Part shown: positions 39,126 through 48,113 of the stretch, piece by piece | Layout of the letters: each line of letters begins with the position of its first letter | Position numbering within the stretch: position 1 is the stretch's first letter | NCBI GenBank assembly: GCA_020845955.1 | Contig: JADLEU010000364.1 | Coordinates: 11,958 to 75,957, forward strand | Origin: Anaerolineales bacterium | GTDB lineage: Bacteria; Chloroflexota; Anaerolineae; Anaerolineales; UBA6663 | Length of the DNA stretch: 64,000 bases | Direction of reading: 5' to 3' | Position numbers and translations under genes: made by a program | The notes under the pieces: model-generated | What the model saw: the letters and a program-made list of their open reading frames with translations, nothing else | Databases searched by the model: none | What the model was told of the DNA's origin: nothing

Positions 39126-40793
39126 ATGACCTCTCACGCCCAAGCCATGCCGACTTCCCGCCGCCCCTTCTTGGCAGAGGCGCTCGAATGGATCACCACG
39201 GTCGATCATAAAAAGATCGGCATCATGTACCTGGTGATGAACTTCATCTTCTTCATCATTGGCGGGCTGGAAGCGCTGCTGGTCCGCACTCAGCTGGCGA
39301 ACTCGAACCTCAAGGTTCTCGATCCGCAGACCTACAACGAGATGTTCACCCTGCACGGTACGACCATGATCTTTATGGTGATTGTGCCGATCTGGGCCGG
39401 GTTTGCCAATTACTTTGTGCCGCTGATGATCGGGGCGCGTGATATGGCCTTTCCGCGCCTGAATGCGCTGTCGTTCTGGCTGCTGTTTTTCGGCGGCCTA
39501 GTGATGTACTCGTCGTTCCTCGCCTTCGGCGACGGCGGCCGGCCGCAACTGCCGGATGCCGGTTGGACCGGCTACCCGCCGCTGACGACCCGCCTCTATT
39601 CGCCCGGTCCTAACATCGACTTCTGGATCCTGGGCCTGCACCTGCTGGGCGCCTCATCCCTCATCGGCGCGATCAACTTCATCGTCACCATCCTCAACAT
39701 GCGCGCCCCAGGCATGAAGATCACCAGCTTGCCATTGTTCGTGTGGTCGATGATGGTTACGTCGGCCATGGTGTTGTTTTCCACGCCGTCGCTGACGGTG
39801 GCACTCTCGCTGCTGCTGTCCGACCGGCACTTTGGCACCAGCTTCTTCATCCCAGCCCAGGGCGGCGACCCGCTGCTGTGGCAGCACTTGTTTTGGTTCT
39901 ATTCTCACCCCGCCGTGTACATTATGATCGTGCCCGGCATGGGCGTGATTTCCGAGGTGCTGCCCGTCTTCTCGCGCAAACCCTTGTTTGGTTACGACTT
40001 CATCGCCTGGTCGTCAGTCTTCATCGCCGCGCTCGGCTTCACGGTCTGGGCGCACCACATGTTCCAGGTCGGCTCGAGCCTGGCCGTCAACACCTTCTTT
40101 GCGACGGCGAGCATGATCATCGCCGTGCCGACCGGGGTCAAGATCTTTAACTGGATCGCCACGATTTGGGGCGGGGCGCTCGATATGCGCCCCCCGATGC
40201 TGTTTGCGATTGGCTTCATCTCCATGTTCATCATCGGCGGGCTGAGCGGTGTCATGCTGGCCTCGGTGCCGGTTAACTGGCAGGTGCACGATACGTACTT
40301 CGTGGTGGCCCACCTTCACTACGTGCTCTTCGGCGGCTCGGTCTTTGCGATGTTTTCGGCCTTTTACTACTGGCTTCCTAAGATCACCGGGTGGCGGCTG
40401 CAGAACGGCTGGGGCCGGCTGCACTTCTGGCTCATGCTAGTTGGCTTCAACCTGACCTTCTTCCCCATGCACATCAGCGGGCTGCTGGGCATGCCGCGGC
40501 GCATCTACACCTATGCCGCCGGCCAGGGGTGGGACTCCTGGAACCTGATGTCGACTGTTGGCGCCTTCCTCATCGCCGCCGCGGTGCTGGTGTTCTTGAT
40601 CAATGTCTACGTCAGCGCGCGCAAGAGGGAACCAGCTGGTAACGATCCTTGGGGCGGCGCGACGCTGGAGTGGGCGACCTCGTCGCCGCCTCCGGAGCAC
40701 AACTTCGATGAGGCGCCAACCGTGAAGGGACGCGATCCGTTGTGGTTGCTCGACCGACCTGAAGGCTCGGCTGGAAAGCGCGCGCGCGCCTGA
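39126..40793 (+). CDS. ctaD: Cytochrome c oxidase subunit I, type A2
   Basis: DHKKIG, LHGTTM, DMAFPRLN, FYSHPAVY (A2 YS motif), WAHHMF, PTGVKIF, HDTYFVVAHLHYV. Confidence 0.97.
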   Translation: MTSHAQAMPTSRRPFLAEALEWITTVDHKKIGIMYLVMNFIFFIIGGLEALLVRTQLANSNLKVLDPQTYNEMFTLHGTTMIFMVIVPIWAGFANYFVPLMIGARDMAFPRLNALSFWLLFFGGLVMYSSFLAFGDGGRPQLPDAGWTGYPPLTTRLYSPGPNIDFWILGLHLLGASSLIGAINFIVTILNMRAPGMKITSLPLFVWSMMVTSAMVLFSTPSLTVALSLLLSDRHFGTSFFIPAQGGDPLLWQHLFWFYSHPAVYIMIVPGMGVISEVLPVFSRKPLFGYDFIAWSSVFIAALGFTVWAHHMFQVGSSLAVNTFFATASMIIAVPTGVKIFNWIATIWGGALDMRPPMLFAIGFISMFIIGGLSGVMLASVPVNWQVHDTYFVVAHLHYVLFGGSVFAMFSAFYYWLPKITGWRLQNGWGRLHFWLMLVGFNLTFFPMHISGLLGMPRRIYTYAAGQGWDSWNLMSTVGAFLIAAAVLVFLINVYVSARKREPAGNDPWGGATLEWATSSPPPEHNFDEAPTVKGRDPLWLLDRPEGSAGKRARA

Positions 40794-40844
40794 TTATTGG
40801 TATTGGCAACCGCAGCTTGCCCGGCTCGGCCAAGCCCGCCTGAT

Positions 40845-42671
40845 ATGACGACCGCACTACCCGCTCCGCCCAGCGCCCGCCGCTTTCGATGGCTGGCCCT
40901 GATGACGTCGATCGCCACGTTCCTGCTGGTTGTGCTGGGCGCCATTGTGCGCGTCACCGGCTCCGGTCTGGGCTGCGGCGAGCACTGGCCGCTCTGCAAT
41001 GGCGCCTGGTTTCCGCCCTTGGATCTGCCGGCTTTCATCGAGCTTTCGCACCGCGTCGTAGCTGCGGCGGTCTCGACGCTGATCGTGGCAACGGCCTACT
41101 TCGCCTGGCGCGACTTTCGGCGTGTGCGCTGGGTGGTCTGGCCGGCCGTTTGGGGCGTAGCCCTGCTGGTCATCCAGATTCTGCTGGGAGCCGCCACCGT
41201 GCGCTTGTCGCTGCCGCCGGCCCTGGTAGCGCTGCATCTAGGCAATGCCCTAGCGCTGTTAGGGCTGTTACTGATTGCGACCGTGATCGCTTTCCAGTAC
41301 GAACGCGATCCCCACATCGGCCAGGCGCTGTTCCACCTTGACGCCGTCAGCCGACTGGCGGTGGCGGCAGCGCTGGGGGTGTTTGCCCTGATTGTCACCG
41401 GCGCGCTGGTCACCGCTGGGCCCGCGGCAGCCGCCTGCGCTGGCTGGCCGCTGTGCGGCGGGGCGCTGGCGCCGGCCACGCCGTCCGGTTGGCTGCACAT
41501 GGGCCATCGCCTGGCCGCCGCCGCCATCGGTCTGCTGGTTTTGGCGGCCGCCCTGCAAGCCTGGCGGCTGCGCCGGGCCAACAGCCCGGTCTTCATTGCG
41601 GCTGTGGTGACGGGCTCGCTCTTCGCCGGACAGATCGCGGTGGGCGCCTTGAACGTGCTGCGGGGCTTTCCCATATTCCTTAACGGTCTGCACGTGGCCA
41701 CGGCTTCGGCCGTGTGGGCAGGCATGGTGGTGTTTGCCGTCCTGGCGCTGCAGTACGTGCGGCTGGCGCCTCTGGTCGACCAGGCGCGGGCGCCGGCCCG
41801 GCCGCTGCGCGCGGCGGTCGCGGATTACGCCGCGCTGACCAAGCCGGTGATCATGGCGCTGCTGCTGGCGACCACGGTGGCCGCCATGGTGGTGGCCGGT
41901 CATGGCTGGCCGCCGCTCGACCTGTTGGTGTGGACGCTCTTGGGCGGGGCGCTGGCAGCAGGCGGCGCAAGCACACTCAACCAGGTGATCGACCGCCATC
42001 TGGACAAAAACATGGCTCGCACCGCGCGGCGCCCTCTGGCGGCTGGGCGGGTGGATACCGGTGGCGCGTTGGCCTTTGGCCTGGCGCTGAGCATTGCGTC
42101 GTTCTACGTGCTCGCGCTCAACGTCAACGCGGCAGCGGCGCTGCTGGCGCTGGCCGGCAACCTCTACTACGTCGTCGGCTATTCGGTGCTGCTCAAGAAA
42201 CGCACCGTTCAGAACATCGTGATTGGGGGCGGGGCCGGCGCGATCCCGCCGCTCGTCGGCTGGGCAGCGGCGACCGGCCGCCTGAACATGGAAGCGATGT
42301 TCCTGTTTGCGCTGGTCTTCTTTTGGACGCCGCCGCATTTCTGGGCCCTGGCGCTGCTGAAAAAGAATGACTACGCGCGGGCGAGCGTGCCCATGCTGCC
42401 AGTGGTGTGGGGCGAAGCCGAAACACGGCGCCACATCGCGCTCTACACGCTGCTGGTGGTGGCCGTGTCGCTGCTGCTGACGCCGGCCGAGGTCGCGGGC
42501 ATGTTTTACCTGGGTTCGGCGGCGATCCTAGGGATGGGCTTCATCGTCTGCGCGTTGGCGCTGCTGCCCGGCGGCGGCGACAAAGTGGCCTGGCGGTTGT
42601 ACAAGTACTCCAGCTTGTACCTGGCGCTGATGTTCTTGGCATTGGTCGTCGATCGATTCGTGGGTGGGTAG
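40845..42671 (+). CDS. ctaB: Heme A synthase (CtaA/COX15) - heme O synthase (CtaB) fusion
   Basis: GLGCGEHWPLC, ELSHR, ACAGWPLC, HMGHR, then LTKP, DRHLDKNMARTARRPL, GAIPPLVGW, FFWTPPHFWAL. Confidence 0.92.
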   Translation: MTTALPAPPSARRFRWLALMTSIATFLLVVLGAIVRVTGSGLGCGEHWPLCNGAWFPPLDLPAFIELSHRVVAAAVSTLIVATAYFAWRDFRRVRWVVWPAVWGVALLVIQILLGAATVRLSLPPALVALHLGNALALLGLLLIATVIAFQYERDPHIGQALFHLDAVSRLAVAAALGVFALIVTGALVTAGPAAAACAGWPLCGGALAPATPSGWLHMGHRLAAAAIGLLVLAAALQAWRLRRANSPVFIAAVVTGSLFAGQIAVGALNVLRGFPIFLNGLHVATASAVWAGMVVFAVLALQYVRLAPLVDQARAPARPLRAAVADYAALTKPVIMALLLATTVAAMVVAGHGWPPLDLLVWTLLGGALAAGGASTLNQVIDRHLDKNMARTARRPLAAGRVDTGGALAFGLALSIASFYVLALNVNAAAALLALAGNLYYVVGYSVLLKKRTVQNIVIGGGAGAIPPLVGWAAATGRLNMEAMFLFALVFFWTPPHFWALALLKKNDYARASVPMLPVVWGEAETRRHIALYTLLVVAVSLLLTPAEVAGMFYLGSAAILGMGFIVCALALLPGGGDKVAWRLYKYSSLYLALMFLALVVDRFVGG

Positions 42672-42680
42672 GCGGGCGTT

Positions 42681-42800
42681 GTGAACAAACAGAAGTCTGC
42701 GAAGAACCTGGCCCTGGGCCTGGCGCTGGCGGTGGTAGCGGTGATGATGGGCGTTGTCGCGGTGGTCTCGATCCAGTTCGTGATGAACTTGCCGCGATGA
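42681..42800 (+). CDS. 39-aa single-TM protein (missing from the ORF track)
   Basis: GTG..TGA, MNKQKSAKNLALGLALAVVAVMMGVVAVVSIQFVMNLPR; 9 nt after the ctaB stop; ATGA overlap with the next gene. Confidence 0.7.
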   Translation: MNKQKSAKNLALGLALAVVAVMMGVVAVVSIQFVMNLPR

Positions 42801-43126
42801 CCGCTGCGCCAGCGCCGGCTGAAACGGATGTCTTGGAGCACACCAACGGCGTTTCGTCGCAAAATGGCCATGAGCATGGCGCAGGCTCGGGCCAAGGGGG
42901 CGACCTGGGCGGCAACGGCGGCGGCGACGACGATCGGCCTCAGCAGCCGCCGAAGCGGCGGCGCAGCTACTGGCCTTTTTTGCTCGACCTGGGACTGGTG
43001 CTGGCGCTCTTTGGTCTGATTATCGCGGGACGCCCGCTGATGGTGGTGGGCGCGGTTATTTTTGTGGTGGCCCTGGTAGGATGGGTTCGGGAGGCGCGCG
43101 CTGACTATTCCAGCCTGGCGGACTGA
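42797..43126 (+). CDS. 109-aa protein: disordered N-terminus plus two-TM hairpin resembling the subunit III N-terminal helices
   Basis: ATG 42797 in ATGA overlap; RSYWPFLLDLGLVL...ALVGWVREAR. Confidence 0.7.
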   Translation: MTAAPAPAETDVLEHTNGVSSQNGHEHGAGSGQGGDLGGNGGGDDDRPQQPPKRRRSYWPFLLDLGLVLALFGLIIAGRPLMVVGAVIFVVALVGWVREARADYSSLAD

Positions 43127-43139
43127 CGGGTCCAGGCGG

Positions 43140-45008
43140 ATGGGACGTTGGCGCCGGCTGGCTGGCCTGCTGGCTTTGTTGGTGGCCCTGCTGGCCACTC
43201 GCGTAGCCTGGGCACATCCCAGCCTCGTGCGGAGCGAACCGGCAGCCAATTCTACGCTGGAGCGTGCCCCGGCCCAGGTGGCTGTCTGGCTCGACGAAGC
43301 GATCGAGCCAGACTACGCGCACCTATCGGTCTACGATGCGCAGGGAGAGCGGGTTGACCGGCTTGACGCTCAATATGTGCCGGGTTTCCAGCCCTATGCC
43401 GGCGTGGCGGGAATTGTCGTCTCGCTGCCGCCGCTCCCGGACGGCAGTTACGTTGCGGTCTGGCGCGTCATTGCCGTCGGAGATGGCCATGCCGTGGGAG
43501 GCGCCTTTGCCTTTGGCGTCGGCGTGCCGCCCGATACGCGCTCGCCGCTACTGGCCGGCGCGGGCGTCGGCGCCGAGCCCGACCTGACGACTCAGCTTAT
43601 CCGATTCTTGACGCTGGCAGGCCAGGCCGTATTCCTGGGCGCGGCGGCCTTTCGCAGCCTGGTGTTCCAACCCGGCCTGGCTGCTGCTGGACGCGCCGGG
43701 TGGCTGGCCCGGCGAGAGGCCTTTTTGGTTGAGCATCGCCGCTGGCTGACGATCAGCGCCGATATAATCGTAGGCGCGTTAGTGACCGGCCTCCTCGGCG
43801 CTTTATATGTGCAGGCCCGGGCCACCCAGGTCTATTTCTGGGAGCTGTTTGACACGCGCTGGGGTATCATCTGGGCGGCGCGCGCCGTTGTGGTGCTGGC
43901 CGCTGCCTTCCTGATGGAAGGCTTGCTGGATGGCCGGCGTCCCGGGTGGCTGGGCTGGCTGTTGGGGTTTGGCCTGGTCCTGACGACGGCCCTGACCAGC
44001 CACAGCAGCGCCCGTCCAGGGCTGGCTGGCCCCATCGTCGATGTTGTCCATCAGACTGCGGCCGGGGTATGGGTGGGCGGGCTGGTGATGTTGGCGCTGG
44101 CCCTCGCCGCTGTGCACCGCAGCCAGCCAGCGGGGCCGGCGCGCGGATCTCTTAGCAGTGAGTGGGTGGCGCGGTTTTCCGGTCTGGCCGCGGCCAGTGT
44201 CGGAGCCTTGCTGGCGACGGGCCTGGTCCTAGCCATGCAGCAGGTGCCCGACTGGGATGGTCTGCTGCTGACGGCCTATGGACAGGCGCTGCTGATCAAG
44301 CTTGGCGTGGTTGGCGCGGCGCTGCTCTTGGCCGGCTATAATGCCCTGGGCGCGCGGCGGAGGCTGGTGGGCGCGGGCATCCGCCCGGCGGGCTGGGTGG
44401 CTGGCGAAGCGGCGCTGCTCGCCGGCGTGATTTTTGCCGCAGCGGCGCTGGTCGATCTGCCGCCAGCCACGGCGCTGGGGGCGTTTGAGAACGCGGCCAG
44501 CGATGCGGCGCCACTGCCCTATGAAGTCCAGGCGGGCGAGTTGCGGGTGGCGGGCGAGATTATTCCGGCCCGCCAGGCGAATAACGTCTTTGCCGTGACG
44601 GTAACCGATGCCAACGGCGAGCCGGTGCGCCAGGCCGTGGTTGAGTTGCGCTTTCAGGCTCGCGCGAGCGCCCTGGACAGGACGTACACGCTGGCAGAGA
44701 CGGGCGCGGGGGAATATATCACCTCTGGCCCCGGCCTGTCGCGCCAGGGGGCCTGGCAGTTGCTGGTCAGCGTGGCGCGCGCGGGGGTTCCCGTGGCCGA
44801 TTATGGCGCTGTCGATCTAGAGGTCGGGCTCGATAATACGGCGCGCCTGGCGGGAACGCCGCTGCCAGGCGCTCTGCGGGCCCTCGCCTGGTTCAACCAG
44901 TACGGTCGGCTCGTGTTGGGCTCGTTGATCCTTGTGGCGACCGCGGGCTGGAGTTGGTTTGCCGCACGCGCACTGCCTGATCGGCTGCGGCCCGGCTGGC
45001 TGGAGTAG
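43140..45008 (+). CDS. CopC-CopD-YtkA-like copper uptake/delivery protein
   Basis: Signal AWA then His1 (HPSLVRSEPA); WRVIAVGDGH; CopD SHS, HQTAAGVWVGG and LLIKL; C-terminal Ig-like domain. Confidence 0.87.
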   Translation: MGRWRRLAGLLALLVALLATRVAWAHPSLVRSEPAANSTLERAPAQVAVWLDEAIEPDYAHLSVYDAQGERVDRLDAQYVPGFQPYAGVAGIVVSLPPLPDGSYVAVWRVIAVGDGHAVGGAFAFGVGVPPDTRSPLLAGAGVGAEPDLTTQLIRFLTLAGQAVFLGAAAFRSLVFQPGLAAAGRAGWLARREAFLVEHRRWLTISADIIVGALVTGLLGALYVQARATQVYFWELFDTRWGIIWAARAVVVLAAAFLMEGLLDGRRPGWLGWLLGFGLVLTTALTSHSSARPGLAGPIVDVVHQTAAGVWVGGLVMLALALAAVHRSQPAGPARGSLSSEWVARFSGLAAASVGALLATGLVLAMQQVPDWDGLLLTAYGQALLIKLGVVGAALLLAGYNALGARRRLVGAGIRPAGWVAGEAALLAGVIFAAAALVDLPPATALGAFENAASDAAPLPYEVQAGELRVAGEIIPARQANNVFAVTVTDANGEPVRQAVVELRFQARASALDRTYTLAETGAGEYITSGPGLSRQGAWQLLVSVARAGVPVADYGAVDLEVGLDNTARLAGTPLPGALRALAWFNQYGRLVLGSLILVATAGWSWFAARALPDRLRPGWLE

Positions 45009-45050
45009 ACTGTTCTTGTTCTTTCTCACCCGATTCACGGAGGAGATCCC

Positions 45051-46331
45051 TTGCGCCGCTACTTGACCACCCTTATCCTGCTGTTTGCTCTACTGCTCGT
45101 GGGCGCGCTGGCGATTGCCCGTTTCTTGGGCCCTGAGCCGACGACACGCGGCGCTTACGTGCCGGCGTTGAGCGCTGACCCAGCTACCGCGCAGTGGCAG
45201 GCCCTCGTCTTTGCCGTGGGGCTTGCGGTGATTGTCATCACCACGGTTGGGCTGGGCATCGTCCTGGCCGTTACCTTCCTGCGGATCACGCGCCTGTTGG
45301 CCGCTCAGCCGGCCGGCGGATCCGCCGAACGCACGGCTGCGCCCAAACCCGCAGCTTCGGGCCAGGGTCTGGAAATCCCCTTCAGCAGCGATCTATCGGT
45401 CACGATCTTCTGGATCGTCGTGGCGCTCTTGGTGGTGGGATTCCAAGTGCTGCGCTATCTGAGCCAGCCGATCAGCGTGGCGCCGCTTGGCTATCTGCCT
45501 GGCGTGAGCCAAATGCTCCACATGCCGCTCTTTCGGCTGCCGGGCACTCACATCGATGGCCTACCGTCCTTTATCGTCGGCCCGGGGGACACCGTCACGG
45601 CGCTGCACATCTTGCTGGCGGTCCTGGTGGGCGCTATCGTGTCGGTCGTTGTGGTCGGCATCGGCCTGGCGCGAGGCTTTGCCTCGCTCGACACGACCGT
45701 CAGATTGGCGGACAAGCTGCCGCGCGTCTTGCCGGACCGGTTGATCGGGGCCGTCGAGCATCAGTTGGAAGCGCTGCGGCAGCCGAAGCCGAAACGGCGG
45801 CCGGGCAACCCAATCGACGGCCTGCTGATCGGCGTCAACGTCGTGCTGTTGTTCGTGATCGCCGGCATAGTGGCCTTTTACGTGGTGCCCTCCTACAGCG
45901 GCGTCGCCGCTGTCGACAACGCCGTTGAGGCCACGCGCGCGGCGGCGCTCGTCACGGCTACGCCGCCGAGCAGCGGCCCAGACACCGAGGGTCAAGCGCC
46001 GGCTCAAGTGATGCAGGCTGCGTTCGATGCGCTCCCGGCCGGCGATGCCGCGGCCGGCCAGCAGGTCTACCAGGGCGCTGGGGGGTGCACGGCCTGCCAT
46101 TCGCTGGATGCCAACGTAACCGGCGTGGGGCCCTCATTCGCAGGCCTGTCTCAGCGGGCGGCGTCGCGCCAGCCGGGCTATTCCGTCGAGGCCTATCTCT
46201 ACGAGTCGATCACGAACCCGAATGCCTATGTCGTGGAGGGGTTTCAGGGCGGCATCATGCCCCAGACCTTCAAGGACGTCCTCTCCCCGCAGCAGATCGC
46301 CGATGTGATCGCCTTCCTCAAGACGCAGTAA
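45051..46331 (+). CDS. Polytopic membrane protein with C-terminal monoheme cytochrome c
   Basis: About five TM segments, then CTACH, VGPSF, YLYESITNP, GIMPQTF. Confidence 0.85.
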   Translation: MRRYLTTLILLFALLLVGALAIARFLGPEPTTRGAYVPALSADPATAQWQALVFAVGLAVIVITTVGLGIVLAVTFLRITRLLAAQPAGGSAERTAAPKPAASGQGLEIPFSSDLSVTIFWIVVALLVVGFQVLRYLSQPISVAPLGYLPGVSQMLHMPLFRLPGTHIDGLPSFIVGPGDTVTALHILLAVLVGAIVSVVVVGIGLARGFASLDTTVRLADKLPRVLPDRLIGAVEHQLEALRQPKPKRRPGNPIDGLLIGVNVVLLFVIAGIVAFYVVPSYSGVAAVDNAVEATRAAALVTATPPSSGPDTEGQAPAQVMQAAFDALPAGDAAAGQQVYQGAGGCTACHSLDANVTGVGPSFAGLSQRAASRQPGYSVEAYLYESITNPNAYVVEGFQGGIMPQTFKDVLSPQQIADVIAFLKTQ

Positions 46332-46332
46332 G

Positions 46333-46830
46333 GTGGCCCGCCAGGCTCTGACTTCGGCGATCGCGGCCAGCCGGGCCAAGTTCGAGGCCGCGCTGCAGGG
46401 GCTCACGACTGAGCAGATGGTCGGGCCGGGCGCGGCGGGAGAATGGTCGGTCAAGGACATCCTGGCCCACATCACGGCCTGCGAGGTAGAGGTCTTGACC
46501 AACCTGGGCAAGGCCGAGCGCGGCCAGAAACTGGGCCAGGCCGGGCTGGATCGGACGGCCATTGACGCCCAAAACGCCAAATGGCTGGCGGAGTACCGGG
46601 ATCGGCCGCTGGAGCGCGTGCTGGACGACTTCCGCGGTGTGCACCGGCAGATCATTCGCAAGGTGAAGGGCCTGCGTGACGAGGAACTGGCGGCGCCCGT
46701 GCCCTGGCAGCGCGGGCTGCCGCTTCACCAGTACTTCATGGAGGAAGTGGTGGATCACGAAGCCGAGCACCTGCCTGACCTGCAAGCCTGGCGCCAGAAG
46801 CAGCGGCACGGGGCGAACGGCGCCAGCTAG
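46333..46830 (+). CDS. DinB/ClbS/DfsB-like four-helix-bundle protein
   Basis: WSVKDILAH and DHEAEH motifs. Confidence 0.8.
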   Translation: MARQALTSAIAASRAKFEAALQGLTTEQMVGPGAAGEWSVKDILAHITACEVEVLTNLGKAERGQKLGQAGLDRTAIDAQNAKWLAEYRDRPLERVLDDFRGVHRQIIRKVKGLRDEELAAPVPWQRGLPLHQYFMEEVVDHEAEHLPDLQAWRQKQRHGANGAS

Positions 46831-46847
46831 CCGACCCGTCTCGGCCA

Positions 46848-47900
46848 ATGGATACCGCCTCTCTGCCTGATGCCTCCCGAGCTGGCGCCGGGGCACCCGC
46901 CGGCCCGACAGCGCCGGCGCACTTCGGCGATCCAGCCGCCGAATATGCGGCGGCCCAGCGCGGGGTCGTGGCCGTGTGGCGTTCGCTCGAAGGGCGCCTG
47001 CGCGCGGTGGGCCGCGACCGGCTGGATTTGCTCCACCGCATGTCGACCAACGACCTGGTGAGCCTGGCCGTAGGCCAGGCTCGCATGACGGTGCTGACCA
47101 CGCCGATCGGCCGCATCGTTGACGTTTTGTGGGTGCTCAATCGCGGCGAGACGGTGCTGGCGCTTACCGGGCCAGGCCGAGCCACTCTCGTTCGGCGGTG
47201 GTTGTCGAGCTACATCTTCTACAACGACCAAGTCAAGTTTGAAGACGCCACCCGTGAGCTCGGGCAGATCGGTCTGTTTGGACCCGGGGCGGCCGGCGTG
47301 GCTCAGGCGCTGCAACCGGGTGCGGCCAGCCTGCCGGAGGACCACTTTGACGACGACGCTGGCCTGGTGGTGGCCCGCGGCCGCCCGCTGGCCGGCGATG
47401 GCTTCACGCTCATCGGGCCAGCCGCGCAATTGCCAGATGTCTGGAGTCAGGCGCTCTCGGCCGGGGCGGTGCCAGCGGGTGAGACAGCGTATCAATGGCT
47501 GCGGTTGAAAGCCGGCGTGCCGGAGGGCGGCGGTGAAGGGGACCAGGCCGGCCAGGAACTGACTGAGGCGTATATTCCGCTGGAAGCGAACCTGTGGCAC
47601 GCCGTCAGCTTCACAAAGGGCTGCTACATCGGCCAGGAAATCATTGCCCGCATGGAAAGCCGCGGCAAATTGGCCCGGCGGCTGGTGGGGCTTCGCCTGG
47701 AAGCGCCCACGTCCGTTGGGGCTGACGTGCACCTGGCAGGGGGCGGGCCAGCCACCGGGCACGTCACCAGCGCTGGCGTGCTGCCAGACTGCGGGCCAGT
47801 GGCGCTGGCCTATCTGAAGGCCACCGCTGCCGAGGCGGGCACGCTGATCAGGGTGGGCGAGGCAGCCGGCGAAGTCGTCGAACTGCCCTTCCGGCCCTAG
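46848..47900 (+). CDS. YgfZ/GcvT-like folate-binding protein
   Basis: DLLHRMSTND, KGCYIGQEIIARM signature. Confidence 0.9.
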   Translation: MDTASLPDASRAGAGAPAGPTAPAHFGDPAAEYAAAQRGVVAVWRSLEGRLRAVGRDRLDLLHRMSTNDLVSLAVGQARMTVLTTPIGRIVDVLWVLNRGETVLALTGPGRATLVRRWLSSYIFYNDQVKFEDATRELGQIGLFGPGAAGVAQALQPGAASLPEDHFDDDAGLVVARGRPLAGDGFTLIGPAAQLPDVWSQALSAGAVPAGETAYQWLRLKAGVPEGGGEGDQAGQELTEAYIPLEANLWHAVSFTKGCYIGQEIIARMESRGKLARRLVGLRLEAPTSVGADVHLAGGGPATGHVTSAGVLPDCGPVALAYLKATAAEAGTLIRVGEAAGEVVELPFRP

Positions 47901-47911
47901 CTCCAGGCGAG

Positions 47912-48113
47912 TTAGGCGGCTGTGCGCCCCGCCAGAATGACGAACCCCGCGCCTGCCACGGCCGCGGCGGTCCTGGCGCTCAGCGTGCCGGGCGCGCCAA
48001 AAGCCTCGTAAAGCAGTCTCCCCCCCAAGCTACCACGGCTGCGCCTAATCCAAGTCCGACCGCCGCCAGCATGCTCTGGGCCGTAGCGCGCAGGCCGGGC
48101 GGCTGCGGCCGGC
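47912..48113 (-). pseudogene. 3' remnant of an MFS transporter gene, frameshifted at a G7 run
   Basis: PPGLRATAQSMLAAVGLGLGAAVVAWG / GRLLYEAFGAPGTLS...GAGFVILAGRTAA* reads only across a shift at the 7-G run near 48020; no 5' part is present. Confidence 0.55.
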
